53,249 nucleotides of DNA, taken from NCBI GenBank assembly GCA_036782915.1, contig DAIPYE010000001.1:1-53249 (forward strand), written 5' to 3'. A program made the translations under genes and the position numbers. The stretch's first letter is position 1. Each line of letters begins with the position of its first letter. This document shows, piece by piece, positions 28,149 through 36,689 of this stretch. The notes under the pieces are model-generated. The model made no database searches. It saw nothing but the letters and a program-made list of their open reading frames with translations, and was not told the DNA's origin. This stretch comes from Bacteroidota bacterium. Lineage in GTDB: Bacteria > Bacteroidota > Ignavibacteria > Tepidaquicellales > Tepidaquicellaceae.

Positions 28149-28664
28149 AATCCGGTGCAGATCTTTTAAATAAAATCACATTATATTAATGCTGTCCAAA
28201 TCGTTTTCAATAATATAGTTTAGTCTGAATTTTTAATATTTTTGAATGGAATGTTTTGTGCTTAAAAACAACCCGCCTTAGAAAAATTGCCGAATAAAAT
28301 TCTTGAATAATTGCGTTAAAAAAATTTTCCTGTTCGAAGAACTTTGCATAAGCAAATTTCAAGTTGAAAATTTTTAGCAATTATGAAAGAATTCAGGCAA
28401 TTTTACTACAGCGGGAGAGTTTTCTTTGCCAAGCTCGTATGTTTCCAAAATTGGTTTTTGAAATTTATTTTTAGAATGATTAAAATGAGGTAAGTAGAAT
28501 AAGGCTTAAGGAATGGGAAAGAGTTTTGGAAAGAGTTAGTATCCAATGTCAGGTAAAGATGATAAGGTAAAAACGCACAGCGGGAACTACGCAAAATGCA
28601 AGGATAGAACTACAGACCGGACGAAAAAATGTGTTAGATTTTATAAAAGCGTCATTATACTAAC

Positions 28665-28695
28665 TTGATAAAGCAAATGCATTATGTTAATTTTG
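28665..28695 (+). promoter_or_regulatory. Candidate Bacteroides-type promoter for gdh (-33 TTG / -7 TAnnTTTG)
   Basis: TTG at 28665-28667, a 20-nt spacer, then TAATTTTG at 28688-28695, 44 nt upstream of the ATG at 28739. Motif match only. Confidence 0.35.
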
Positions 28696-28738
28696 AGTCT
28701 TAACACACACTATTAAATAACAATTAAAAAGTAATATT

Positions 28739-30022
28739 ATGCCCGAAGAATATAAAGAACCTGCTCCATACAGAAAAGGAGAAGCTAATCCATTTGAATC
28801 AATGATGATCAGATTCGATAAAGCCTGCAAACTTTATAACCTTGATGAAGGATTATATAATTATCTTGCAACACCTGTAAAACAGATCACAGTTTCAATT
28901 CCTGTAACAATGGACAACGGAAAATTAGAAGTATTTGAAGGATACAGAGTTATTCATGACAATATTTTAGGACCTTCTAAAGGAGGGATAAGATATTCAC
29001 CTGATGTTGATATTGATGAAGTGAAAGCACTTGCTTCATGGATGACCTGGAAATGCGCAATTGCAAACATACCTTTTGGCGGTGCAAAAGGCGCAGTAAG
29101 ATGTGACCCGAGTAAATTATCATCGAGAGAACTTGAACTAATCACAAGAAGATACACAGTAAATATGCTGGAAATTTTCGGACCTGACTCTGACATTCCT
29201 GCACCGGATATGAATACAGATGAACAGATAATGGCGTGGATCATGGATACATACAGCATGCATAAAAAAGAAACAGTAACCGGAGTTGTTACAGGAAAGC
29301 CGATCATAATCGGCGGTTCACTTGGGAGAAGAGAAGCAACAGGTCGTGGCGGAATGATCGCGACCATGGCAGCTTTAAAAACACAGGATATAGATCCGAC
29401 ATCGACTACTTGCGTCGTTCAGGGATTTGGAAATGTAGGTTCAGTAAGCGCTCAGTTACTCAATGAAAAAGGTGTGAAAATAATCGGTATCAGCGATGTA
29501 TCTGGCGGTTATTATGATCCGAAAGGAATAGATGTAAATAAAGCCATACTTTATGTTTCCAAAAACAGAACACTTGAAGGCGGTAATTTCGGTACACCTG
29601 TCACAAATGAAGAATTACTGGAACTGCAGTGTGACATACTTGTTCCTGCAGCAAAAGAAGATCAGATAACTGCTCACAATGCAGACAGGATAAAAGCAAA
29701 GTTGATCGTCGAAGGGGCAAACGGTCCGATCGCCGCAGATGCGGATGATATAATTGCAAACAAAGGAACACGTGTTATCCCTGATATACTTGCAAATTCA
29801 GGAGGCGTTATTGTTTCTTATTTTGAATGGGTGCAGGACAGGATCGGTTATTTCTGGGATGAAGATGATGTTAACAACAGATTAAACAGAATGATGACAG
29901 AAGCATTTGATGTTGTTTATAATACAGCTTTAAAATATGATACATCATTCAGACTTGGCGCATATATTCATGCAATCGACAAAGTTTCAAAAGTTTTAAA
30001 ATTAAGAGGCATTTACGGATAA
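28739..30022 (+). CDS. gdhA: Glutamate dehydrogenase (Glu/Leu/Phe/Val dehydrogenase family)
   Basis: 427 aa. Motifs GPSKGGIRY and PFGGAKGAV (catalytic Lys), and the Rossmann motif VQGFGNVGS. Confidence 0.92.
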   Translation: MPEEYKEPAPYRKGEANPFESMMIRFDKACKLYNLDEGLYNYLATPVKQITVSIPVTMDNGKLEVFEGYRVIHDNILGPSKGGIRYSPDVDIDEVKALASWMTWKCAIANIPFGGAKGAVRCDPSKLSSRELELITRRYTVNMLEIFGPDSDIPAPDMNTDEQIMAWIMDTYSMHKKETVTGVVTGKPIIIGGSLGRREATGRGGMIATMAALKTQDIDPTSTTCVVQGFGNVGSVSAQLLNEKGVKIIGISDVSGGYYDPKGIDVNKAILYVSKNRTLEGGNFGTPVTNEELLELQCDILVPAAKEDQITAHNADRIKAKLIVEGANGPIAADADDIIANKGTRVIPDILANSGGVIVSYFEWVQDRIGYFWDEDDVNNRLNRMMTEAFDVVYNTALKYDTSFRLGAYIHAIDKVSKVLKLRGIYG

Positions 30023-30024
30023 AT

Positions 30025-30687
30025 ATGAAATTAAAATACCTCTTATGTATTTTAATTTTCTTTGAAATTATTATACTTTTTATACTAAGAGGTATTTCTT
30101 ATTCACAGACCGGAAGTGAATCTAATTTAAATAATATTGATAAATTACTGGACGAAAGTCTGATACCTGTTGAGAATGAATTACTACTTCTGGGAAATGA
30201 CAAGATCTATAATTTATCAGTAGAATACGGAACAGAAAATCCTGAGCAGCAATCATACCTGATCGCGTTAATAAAAAGAAAATTTTCAGGATATAAAATT
30301 TTAATTAATGCTGATACTGTTGAATTTTCAGACAGTATTAATTATAATTTATTTATAAATAATCCGTCTCTGAATACCCGTTATTTAAGTATTTATACGG
30401 ATAACGTACTTGGCACTAAAAAAATAAAGCGGGAAATTTCAGTATCTTATTCCGTAAAAATATCAGATTCAGGAAATTCATCTGTGGTTTTTGCAAAGGA
30501 TATAAGTAAAAAGCTGGTTGATAGTTTTAATATCGATGATCAGAATGTTGTAGAAGACAAAAGATATAGTTTTTCCCGGTCAAATCTTCCTGAGGAAAAT
30601 TCTTTAAATCAGCTTATTTACCCGGCTGTAATTATTCTTGCCTCTGCAGTAGCAATAATTTTATTCTTCACAATCAGAAGTAAATAA
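30025..30687 (+). CDS. Hypothetical exported protein with N-terminal signal/anchor and C-terminal TM helix
   Basis: 220 aa. N-terminal hydrophobic segment LLCILIFFEIIILFIL and C-terminal IYPAVIILASAVAIILFF. It starts 2 nt after the gdh stop. I recognise no family. Confidence 0.55.
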   Translation: MKLKYLLCILIFFEIIILFILRGISYSQTGSESNLNNIDKLLDESLIPVENELLLLGNDKIYNLSVEYGTENPEQQSYLIALIKRKFSGYKILINADTVEFSDSINYNLFINNPSLNTRYLSIYTDNVLGTKKIKREISVSYSVKISDSGNSSVVFAKDISKKLVDSFNIDDQNVVEDKRYSFSRSNLPEENSLNQLIYPAVIILASAVAIILFFTIRSK

Positions 30688-30718
30688 CAAATGTTTAAAA
30701 TAATAAGAATCGGAGAGT

Positions 30719-31507
30719 TTGAATTCATATAACGTTAAAAATAATTACTCAGGGAATAATTTTTTAATAGCATTAATACTGGTTTTTTTGTCATCAGGAT
30801 TTTATTCCTGCGGCTCTTCTTCAGGCAGTAAGATCACCACTGATAACCCGGAAAGCGCATACTTAATAGCAAAATCTCATTATGATAAGAAAGATTATCT
30901 TGATGCTATAGATGATTTTAACCTGGTTAAATTAAAATTTTCCGGCAGCAATATTATCGACAAGGCAGTTTATTATCTCGGTATGAGTTATTATAAAAGA
31001 GAAGAATATATTCTGGCGGTATATGAATTTGAATCACTTATCAAAAGTTATCCGACGAGTCCTTTTGCTGAAGATTCAAAATATTATGTAGGAATGTGCT
31101 ATTATAAATTGTCTCCGAAATACAATCTTGACCAGACATATACCAGATATGCCATATCGGAATTTCAGAGCTTCCTTGATCTTTATCCAAAAAGTAAATA
31201 TAAGACCGAGACAGAAATTAAAATCAATGATCTAAAAGATAAACTTGCTTATAAATTATTTATGAGTGCGGAATTGTATTTTAATGTTGAACAATACAGG
31301 TCTGCAGTTGTTTATTACAATGCATTACTTGATGAGTATTTCGACAGCCAGTATGCAGATGATGCTCTATATGGTTTGATTCAGTCGCTCATCATAAAAA
31401 AAAGATATGAAGAAGCAAAAACCGATATTGAAAGATTTGAAAAATATTTCGGTTCAAGTCCTTTATTACCAAAAGTAAAAAGTTTAAGATCTCAAATCCC
31501 ATTTTAA
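30719..31507 (+). CDS. bamD: Outer membrane protein assembly factor BamD (TPR lipoprotein)
   Basis: 262 aa with a TTG start. Lipobox GFYSC and BamD-like TPR layout (KKDYLDAIDDFNLV, AVYYLGMSYYKREEYILAVYEFESLIKSYPTSPF, AISEFQSFLDLYPKSKY). Confidence 0.8.
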   Translation: MNSYNVKNNYSGNNFLIALILVFLSSGFYSCGSSSGSKITTDNPESAYLIAKSHYDKKDYLDAIDDFNLVKLKFSGSNIIDKAVYYLGMSYYKREEYILAVYEFESLIKSYPTSPFAEDSKYYVGMCYYKLSPKYNLDQTYTRYAISEFQSFLDLYPKSKYKTETEIKINDLKDKLAYKLFMSAELYFNVEQYRSAVVYYNALLDEYFDSQYADDALYGLIQSLIIKKRYEEAKTDIERFEKYFGSSPLLPKVKSLRSQIPF

Positions 31508-31510
31508 AAT

Positions 31511-31993
31511 ATGGATAAAAAGACAGTTAAAAATTCACAGGTTCAGATGATAGAACTGGTACTTCCAAATGACACCAATGTTCTGGGTAATCTTCTTGGC
31601 GGAAGACTAATGCACTGGATAGATATTTCCGCAGCACTGGCAGCTGCAAGGCATTGCAATAATATTGCAGTAACAGCGGCAGTTGATAATTTGAATTTTC
31701 ATTTACCTGTCCATCTCGGGAATATTGTAAGATTAAAAGCTTCTGTTAACAGAGCATTCAGAACATCTATGGAAGTCGGCGTAAGAGTAGAAATAGAAGA
31801 TATTACAACGGGAAAAATTTCACATTCTAACAGCGCTTATCTTACATTCGTCAGTATTGACAGCGTAACAAAAAAAAATATTCCTGTACCTCAGATCTAT
31901 CCTGAAACAGATGAAGAAAAAAGAAGATACGATCAGGCATTGAAAAGAAGAGAACAGAGATTATCTGAAGCCCACGGAATAATTCAAGAATAA
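31511..31993 (+). CDS. Acyl-CoA thioesterase (hotdog fold, YciA/ACOT-like)
   Basis: 160 aa. Motif VLPNDTNVLGNLLGGRLMHWIDISAALAAARH. Confidence 0.85.
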   Translation: MDKKTVKNSQVQMIELVLPNDTNVLGNLLGGRLMHWIDISAALAAARHCNNIAVTAAVDNLNFHLPVHLGNIVRLKASVNRAFRTSMEVGVRVEIEDITTGKISHSNSAYLTFVSIDSVTKKNIPVPQIYPETDEEKRRYDQALKRREQRLSEAHGIIQE

Positions 31994-32017
31994 TTTAATT
32001 CCACACTATCCGCATAA

Positions 32018-32659
32018 ATGAATAACATTGAATTAATTTGTACAAACCTTTCAAAATCATTCTCGGGTAAAACAATTTTTAAAAATCTCAGTTTAAAATT
32101 AACAAATAAAAATTCAATTACAGTAACAGGCAATAACGGGTCGGGAAAGTCAACTTTTTTAAAAGTTCTGGCAAATGTCATTAGACCTTCGTCAGGTAAT
32201 GTTGTTATTAATGAGAACAATAATCTGTTTCCGAAAGAAAAATGGTTCCTGAAAACAGGCTTGCTTTCTCCTTATCTTAATTTATATGATGAGCTGACAG
32301 GTTTCGAAAATCTTGTATTTTTTTTCAGGTTAAAAACTTTTATTTCAGACGAAAAACAGATAACTGGAAAAGTAAATTCACTGCTTACTGAAGTGAACTT
32401 ATATAACAAGAGAAATGAGACAGTGAAAAACTATTCATCCGGTATGAAGCAAAGATTAAAACTTGCATTTGCGATATTGAACGAACCGGAAATTCTGTTT
32501 ATGGATGAACCGAGATCTAATCTTGATAAATACGGGATTGATATTATGATAAGTATTGCAGAGCGTCAGAAGGAAAATGGTATTTTAATAATTGCAACCA
32601 ATGATGAAGAGGATAAACTGATCTGCAGTGATTTAATTAATATTGAAGATTATAAATAA
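32018..32659 (+). CDS. ccmA: ABC transporter ATP-binding protein, heme exporter CcmA-like
   Basis: Walker A GNNGSGKST, signature YSSGMKQRL, Walker B ILFMDEP. The stop overlaps the start of the next, polytopic gene, and ccmC and ccmD follow. Confidence 0.72.
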   Translation: MNNIELICTNLSKSFSGKTIFKNLSLKLTNKNSITVTGNNGSGKSTFLKVLANVIRPSSGNVVINENNNLFPKEKWFLKTGLLSPYLNLYDELTGFENLVFFFRLKTFISDEKQITGKVNSLLTEVNLYNKRNETVKNYSSGMKQRLKLAFAILNEPEILFMDEPRSNLDKYGIDIMISIAERQKENGILIIATNDEEDKLICSDLINIEDYK

Positions 32660-33330
32660 TGTCAAATAACTTTCAGTCATCCATTCTGATTTTCAAAAAA
32701 GATATAATGTCAGAATTAAGGACGAGATATGTTGTTAATTCGCTTTTAATGTTCGTGCTCGTTACAATTTCCATTATCCGATTTGCACTCGGTGACGAAA
32801 AAACTGACAGTGAAATTTTAACAGGACTTTTGTGGATATCAATTTTCTTTTCATCTTCACAGGGACTTTCGAGGACATTCATTAAAGAAGAAGAAAAAGA
32901 AACTTCGCTTGCCATAAAACTATCCACTGATTCCATTAATGTTCTTACAGGTAAACTTCTGTTTAATCTTGTACTTACATTTATACTTAACATTCTCATC
33001 GTGATCCTTTTTGTAATAATTACCGACTACAGGATCGTGAACTTTACCGGATTCCTGATTACAATTATTATTGGAAACATCGGACTGGTATCAGCATCAA
33101 CTATCATTGCGGCAATTATTTCCAAAGCAAATACAAAAGGAACATTGTTTCCCGTACTTTCATTTCCGATACTTTTGCCTCTTCTGTTAACTGTAATAAA
33201 CTCCACTAAGCTGGCAAGTCTGGGAGACAGCACGGATAAACTTTATCCGGAGATACTTATTTTGATATCATATACGGTAGTAGTTACTGTTTCTTCATAT
33301 ATGCTTTTCAGATTTGTCTGGGAAGATTAA
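32659..33330 (+). CDS. ccmB: Heme exporter membrane protein CcmB-like
   Basis: 223 aa with about 6 TM helices. Translationally coupled to ccmA (TAATG). The assignment rests mainly on ccmA/ccmC/ccmD context. Confidence 0.6.
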   Translation: MSNNFQSSILIFKKDIMSELRTRYVVNSLLMFVLVTISIIRFALGDEKTDSEILTGLLWISIFFSSSQGLSRTFIKEEEKETSLAIKLSTDSINVLTGKLLFNLVLTFILNILIVILFVIITDYRIVNFTGFLITIIIGNIGLVSASTIIAAIISKANTKGTLFPVLSFPILLPLLLTVINSTKLASLGDSTDKLYPEILILISYTVVVTVSSYMLFRFVWED

Positions 33331-33426
33331 AAAAAAGATTCGAATTGTGCTTATGAATTTTCTAAATGAAATATTTAGAGTAAATTGTTTAAAACTAATT
33401 AAAATAAATTTTTCAGTGATTCCTAA

Positions 33427-33945
33427 ATGAGAGTACTTACATTAATATTATTTTTTATTCTGATGATTTCAGGATGTACGAAAGTTGAAGATAAAAAATC
33501 TGCAGATGAGAAAGAACTTTCCGGAAAAGAGATTCCGGGAAATCAAAATTCACAGTCAAATACACAGTCAAATGTAAATTCTCAGAAAGAAAGCAGCTCC
33601 GGTATGAATTCTGATTATTCAAAAGGAAATAATTCAGGAAATTCGACTTCGGAAAATACCAGAGATGAAAAAGCAGAGGAAATGGAAAAGATAGCAAATG
33701 CAGTGCTGACAGATTACAAAGCAGGCAATTTTGCCGACAACAAAGAAACAGTAATTACAACTTTAATGGAAGCAGCTAATTATCTTATGTTTCAATCGAC
33801 TCTGCCGCCAAAGCAGAAATACAAACCTGCGTTAAATTATTATAATAAAATTCTTGAGATCGATCCGAAGAATGAAGAGGCATTAGCAAACAAGAAACAA
33901 ATTGAAGAAATTTATGAAAGCATGGGAATGCCTGTACCTAAATAA
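33427..33945 (+). CDS. Hypothetical lipoprotein with low-complexity linker and C-terminal TPR-like motif
   Basis: 172 aa. Lipobox MISGC, an S/N/Q-rich linker (NQNSQSNTQSNVNSQKESSSGMNSD), and a C-terminal ALNYYNKILEIDPKNEEALANK. It is inserted between ccmB and ccmC. Confidence 0.6.
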   Translation: MRVLTLILFFILMISGCTKVEDKKSADEKELSGKEIPGNQNSQSNTQSNVNSQKESSSGMNSDYSKGNNSGNSTSENTRDEKAEEMEKIANAVLTDYKAGNFADNKETVITTLMEAANYLMFQSTLPPKQKYKPALNYYNKILEIDPKNEEALANKKQIEEIYESMGMPVPK

Positions 33946-33994
33946 ATCGCAATGAAATATTTACAAGATTTTTTTTTTAATAATATAAGTATAT

Positions 33995-34660
33995 ATGAAC
34001 TCAATATTCAAAATTTTAATTTTTATTCTGATATCTTTAGTGATAATATTCGGAATTGTTTTTCCGATTCCTTTTATTCCTGCTCTTGGAGATAAAGCAA
34101 GAGTTTTATATTTCCATGTTCCTATGTCTTGGATCTCCGTGCTTGCGTTCTTTATGTCAATGTGGTATTCGATTAGATATTTAAGAACACGCGAATCTGA
34201 TTATGACATAAAGTCATATTCATGCGCTCAGCTTGGTTTCCTGTTCTGCATACTTGCGACGGCAACCGGGTCTCTTTGGGCTAAATTCAACTGGGGTTCA
34301 TTCTGGAACTGGGACCCAAGACAAACATCCATATTTATTTTATTAATGATCTACGGAGCGTATTTTGCTTTGCGGTCGGCTATTGACTCTGAGGAGCAGC
34401 GTGCGAAATTATCTTCTGTTTATTCCATACTTGCAGCAGTCACTGTTCCGTTCTTTGTTTTCATAATGCCGAGAATTGTTGAGAGTCTTCATCCGGATCC
34501 TATTATTAATTCACAGGGAAAGATCAGTATGGACAGAGGAATGTTTATAATCTTTATGACCTCTCTTACAGGATTTACAATGCTGTATATCTGGATATTA
34601 AATATAAAGATCAGAATTGAAAGACTTCAAATTAAAAAAACTGAAAGGATAGCTGAATAA
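33995..34660 (+). CDS. ccmC: Heme exporter / cytochrome c assembly protein CcmC
   Basis: 221 aa, polytopic. Tryptophan-rich WWD motif WGSFWNWDPRQTS. Confidence 0.87.
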   Translation: MNSIFKILIFILISLVIIFGIVFPIPFIPALGDKARVLYFHVPMSWISVLAFFMSMWYSIRYLRTRESDYDIKSYSCAQLGFLFCILATATGSLWAKFNWGSFWNWDPRQTSIFILLMIYGAYFALRSAIDSEEQRAKLSSVYSILAAVTVPFFVFIMPRIVESLHPDPIINSQGKISMDRGMFIIFMTSLTGFTMLYIWILNIKIRIERLQIKKTERIAE

Positions 34661-34797
34661 TGACTTCACTTTATGATTTCCTAGAAACAAATTCTATGTA
34701 TGTTGTTTTATTTATTGTGCTTATTATCTGGATAGGTATTTACGGATACATCTGGAGTCTTGACAAAAAGGTAAAAAAACTAGAGACCGAAAATTAA
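34660..34797 (+). CDS. ccmD: CcmD-like small membrane protein (45 aa; absent from the ORF track)
   Basis: The ATG shares one nucleotide with the ccmC stop (TAATG). Translation: MTSLYDFLETNSMYVVLFIVLIIWIGIYGYIWSLDKKVKKLETEN. It has one TM helix followed by a basic tail, which is the size, position and shape expected of CcmD. Confidence 0.6.
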   Translation: MTSLYDFLETNSMYVVLFIVLIIWIGIYGYIWSLDKKVKKLETEN

Positions 34798-34875
34798 GAA
34801 AGAATCCGGTAGTAAACTGGAAATTTCAAGCTGACTTTAAGATTTGTTTTTTAATAAATCTCTTTAGATTCATTT

Positions 34876-35844
34876 TCAATATTCTCTGCCATTCACAAAA
34901 TCCACAAACTCAAGCATAGCTTCTTTTACCTTACTGTCTTTGAAATCTTTAATTGAGTTCTTTGCAAGATCTGAATACTCATTAGCTTTCCTGATAGAAT
35001 ATTCTATACCGCCGTTTTGCTTCACAAATTCATATACTTCATCAAATTTTTTTGTCCTGTCGCTTTTAATAAGCTTCATAATTTCATTTGATCTTTTTTT
35101 AGGAGCATTTTTGAGGGAAATGATCAAAGGCAGTGTAAATTTTTTTTCTTTCAGATCATTTCCGGTTGATTTCCCTAGAAGTTTTTTTCTTCCTGTGTAA
35201 TCAAGAATATCATCCCTTAACTGAAATGATATTCCAAGATTCTCACCGAATACTCCAAGTTTTTCCACATCTGATTTATCTTTAGCTGTGCTTAAAGCCC
35301 CGAGTTTACAACAGGTTTTAATCAGAGAAGCTGTCTTATCGGAGATAACTTTAAAATAAGTTTCTTCGGTAGCGTCAAAGTTCCTTGCTTTCTGAATCTG
35401 CAAAAGCTCGCCTTCACTCATTCTTCTTACTGCCTCGGAAGTTAACTGCAAAAATTCATATTCATTATTATCCAGTGAAAGCAGTAATCCTTTCGATAAA
35501 AGATAATCACCAATTAAAACAGCCGCTTTGTTTTTCCAGACAGCATTTATAGAAGCGATTCCCCTTCTTGTTTTTGCATCATCGACTACATCATCATGAA
35601 TTAACGTTGCAGTATGCAGAAGCTCAACTAAATTAGCAGCAATATACGTTCTGCTGTTTACATTTCCGCACAGCTTTGCCGAAAGCATTACCAATATAGG
35701 ACGGATCTTTTTACCTTTCTGCTTCAATACATATTTGGTGATCAGATCAATCAGCGCAACCTTTGATTTAAGAACATCTGAAAATTGCCTCTCAAATTCT
35801 TTTAGTTCATCTGAAACAGGACCGGAAATATTATTTAAATTCAA
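34876..35844 (-). CDS. ispB: Polyprenyl diphosphate synthase (IspB-like, long chain)
   Basis: 322 aa. The two Asp-rich motifs LIHDDVVDD and RDDILD. Confidence 0.9.
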   Translation of the reverse strand: MNLNNISGPVSDELKEFERQFSDVLKSKVALIDLITKYVLKQKGKKIRPILVMLSAKLCGNVNSRTYIAANLVELLHTATLIHDDVVDDAKTRRGIASINAVWKNKAAVLIGDYLLSKGLLLSLDNNEYEFLQLTSEAVRRMSEGELLQIQKARNFDATEETYFKVISDKTASLIKTCCKLGALSTAKDKSDVEKLGVFGENLGISFQLRDDILDYTGRKKLLGKSTGNDLKEKKFTLPLIISLKNAPKKRSNEIMKLIKSDRTKKFDEVYEFVKQNGGIEYSIRKANEYSDLAKNSIKDFKDSKVKEAMLEFVDFVNGREY

Positions 35845-35887
35845 AATCTGATTAAAAAATTATTTTAATTTATAAGTTATGAGTAAT

Positions 35888-36670
35888 TCAGGCTGAAATG
35901 TCAGCATCTATTCTCTTTTGTGAAAATCTGCAAATAATAATACTGATCTCATAAAGAATCAGCAAAGGCACAGCAAGCAAAAGCTGACTTGTTATATCAG
36001 GACTTGGAGTTAATATTCCTGCTGCCAAGAGTATGAGGATAACTGCATGTTTTCTGTATTTTCTCATAAACTGCGGTTTTAAAATTCCAATTTTTGATAG
36101 AAAAAATGAAAGCATTGGAAGTTCAAAGACCAAACCTGCAGCAAGCATAGTTGAAATTATAAAACTGAAATATTCATCTATTGCTATATTATTATCAATT
36201 ATCGATGAGCCGAATGTTGAGAAAAAAGACAATGAAGTTGGAAGCAAAACAAAATAAGCAAATACAACTCCGGACATGAAACAGAATGTTGAAAAAAATA
36301 CAATTGATGAAATATATTTTTTTTCATTTGATTTCAGCGCAGGCTCAATGAATTTCCAGAACTGGTACAATAAATTCGGAAAGCTGATCAAGGCTCCTCC
36401 GAAAATTATTACTTCCATATACAAAGAGAACTGTCCGAATGGTTTTATATTCTGAAGCTTGAGCGGAGGAATTGTTTTTGTAGCAGGAAGCAAGAGTATA
36501 TCATCCATTATCAGGTTTATAAAAAAAGCAGCAATAATACCTCCAATAATAATTCCGACAGCTGATTTTATTATTCTCCATCTTAACTCTTCCAGGTGAT
36601 CCAGAAATGTCATTTCATTTTCATCAATCGAATCATTTAAATCGCTGTTGTAATCCGGATCTGTGATCAT
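35888..36670 (-). CDS. tatC: Twin-arginine translocase subunit TatC
   Basis: 260 aa. FLDHLEELRWRIIKS and 6 TM helices. Confidence 0.9.
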   Translation of the reverse strand: MITDPDYNSDLNDSIDENEMTFLDHLEELRWRIIKSAVGIIIGGIIAAFFINLIMDDILLLPATKTIPPLKLQNIKPFGQFSLYMEVIIFGGALISFPNLLYQFWKFIEPALKSNEKKYISSIVFFSTFCFMSGVVFAYFVLLPTSLSFFSTFGSSIIDNNIAIDEYFSFIISTMLAAGLVFELPMLSFFLSKIGILKPQFMRKYRKHAVILILLAAGILTPSPDITSQLLLAVPLLILYEISIIICRFSQKRIDADISA

Positions 36671-36689
36671 AAATTCAAAACAGAAAGTT

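Noticed and set aside
28405-28600. Riboswitch-like words: GCGGGAGAG (like the start of a glycine aptamer) and CGCACAGCGGGAAC...ACGCAAAATGC (reminiscent of c-di-GMP-I CGCACAGGGCAAAC...GACGCAAAGC).
   Set aside because: The defining elements are missing: ACCGAAGGGGCAA for glycine, and the GNRA-capped P1 hairpin and receptor for GEMM-I. The downstream gene (gdh) is not a typical target, and a separate promoter match lies downstream of these words.
28540-28625. Possible RNase P RNA. CAGGTAAAGATGATAAGGTAAAAACGCAC resembles the conserved CAGGUAAGGGUGAAAGGGUGCGGUAAGAGCGCAC region, GCAAGGATAG resembles GCAAGGCCAAAUAG, and ACAGACCGGAC resembles the P4 3' strand ACAGAACCCGGC.
   Set aside because: The near-universal P4 5' strand (GAGGAAAGUCCGG) is absent on both strands. 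The nearest candidate, AAAATCCGGTG at ~28147, overlaps the upstream stop and is too far away. Only ~30 nt separate the S-domain-like and P4-like segments, so there is no room for the P13-P18 region. I treat the resemblance as chance in a purine-rich stretch.
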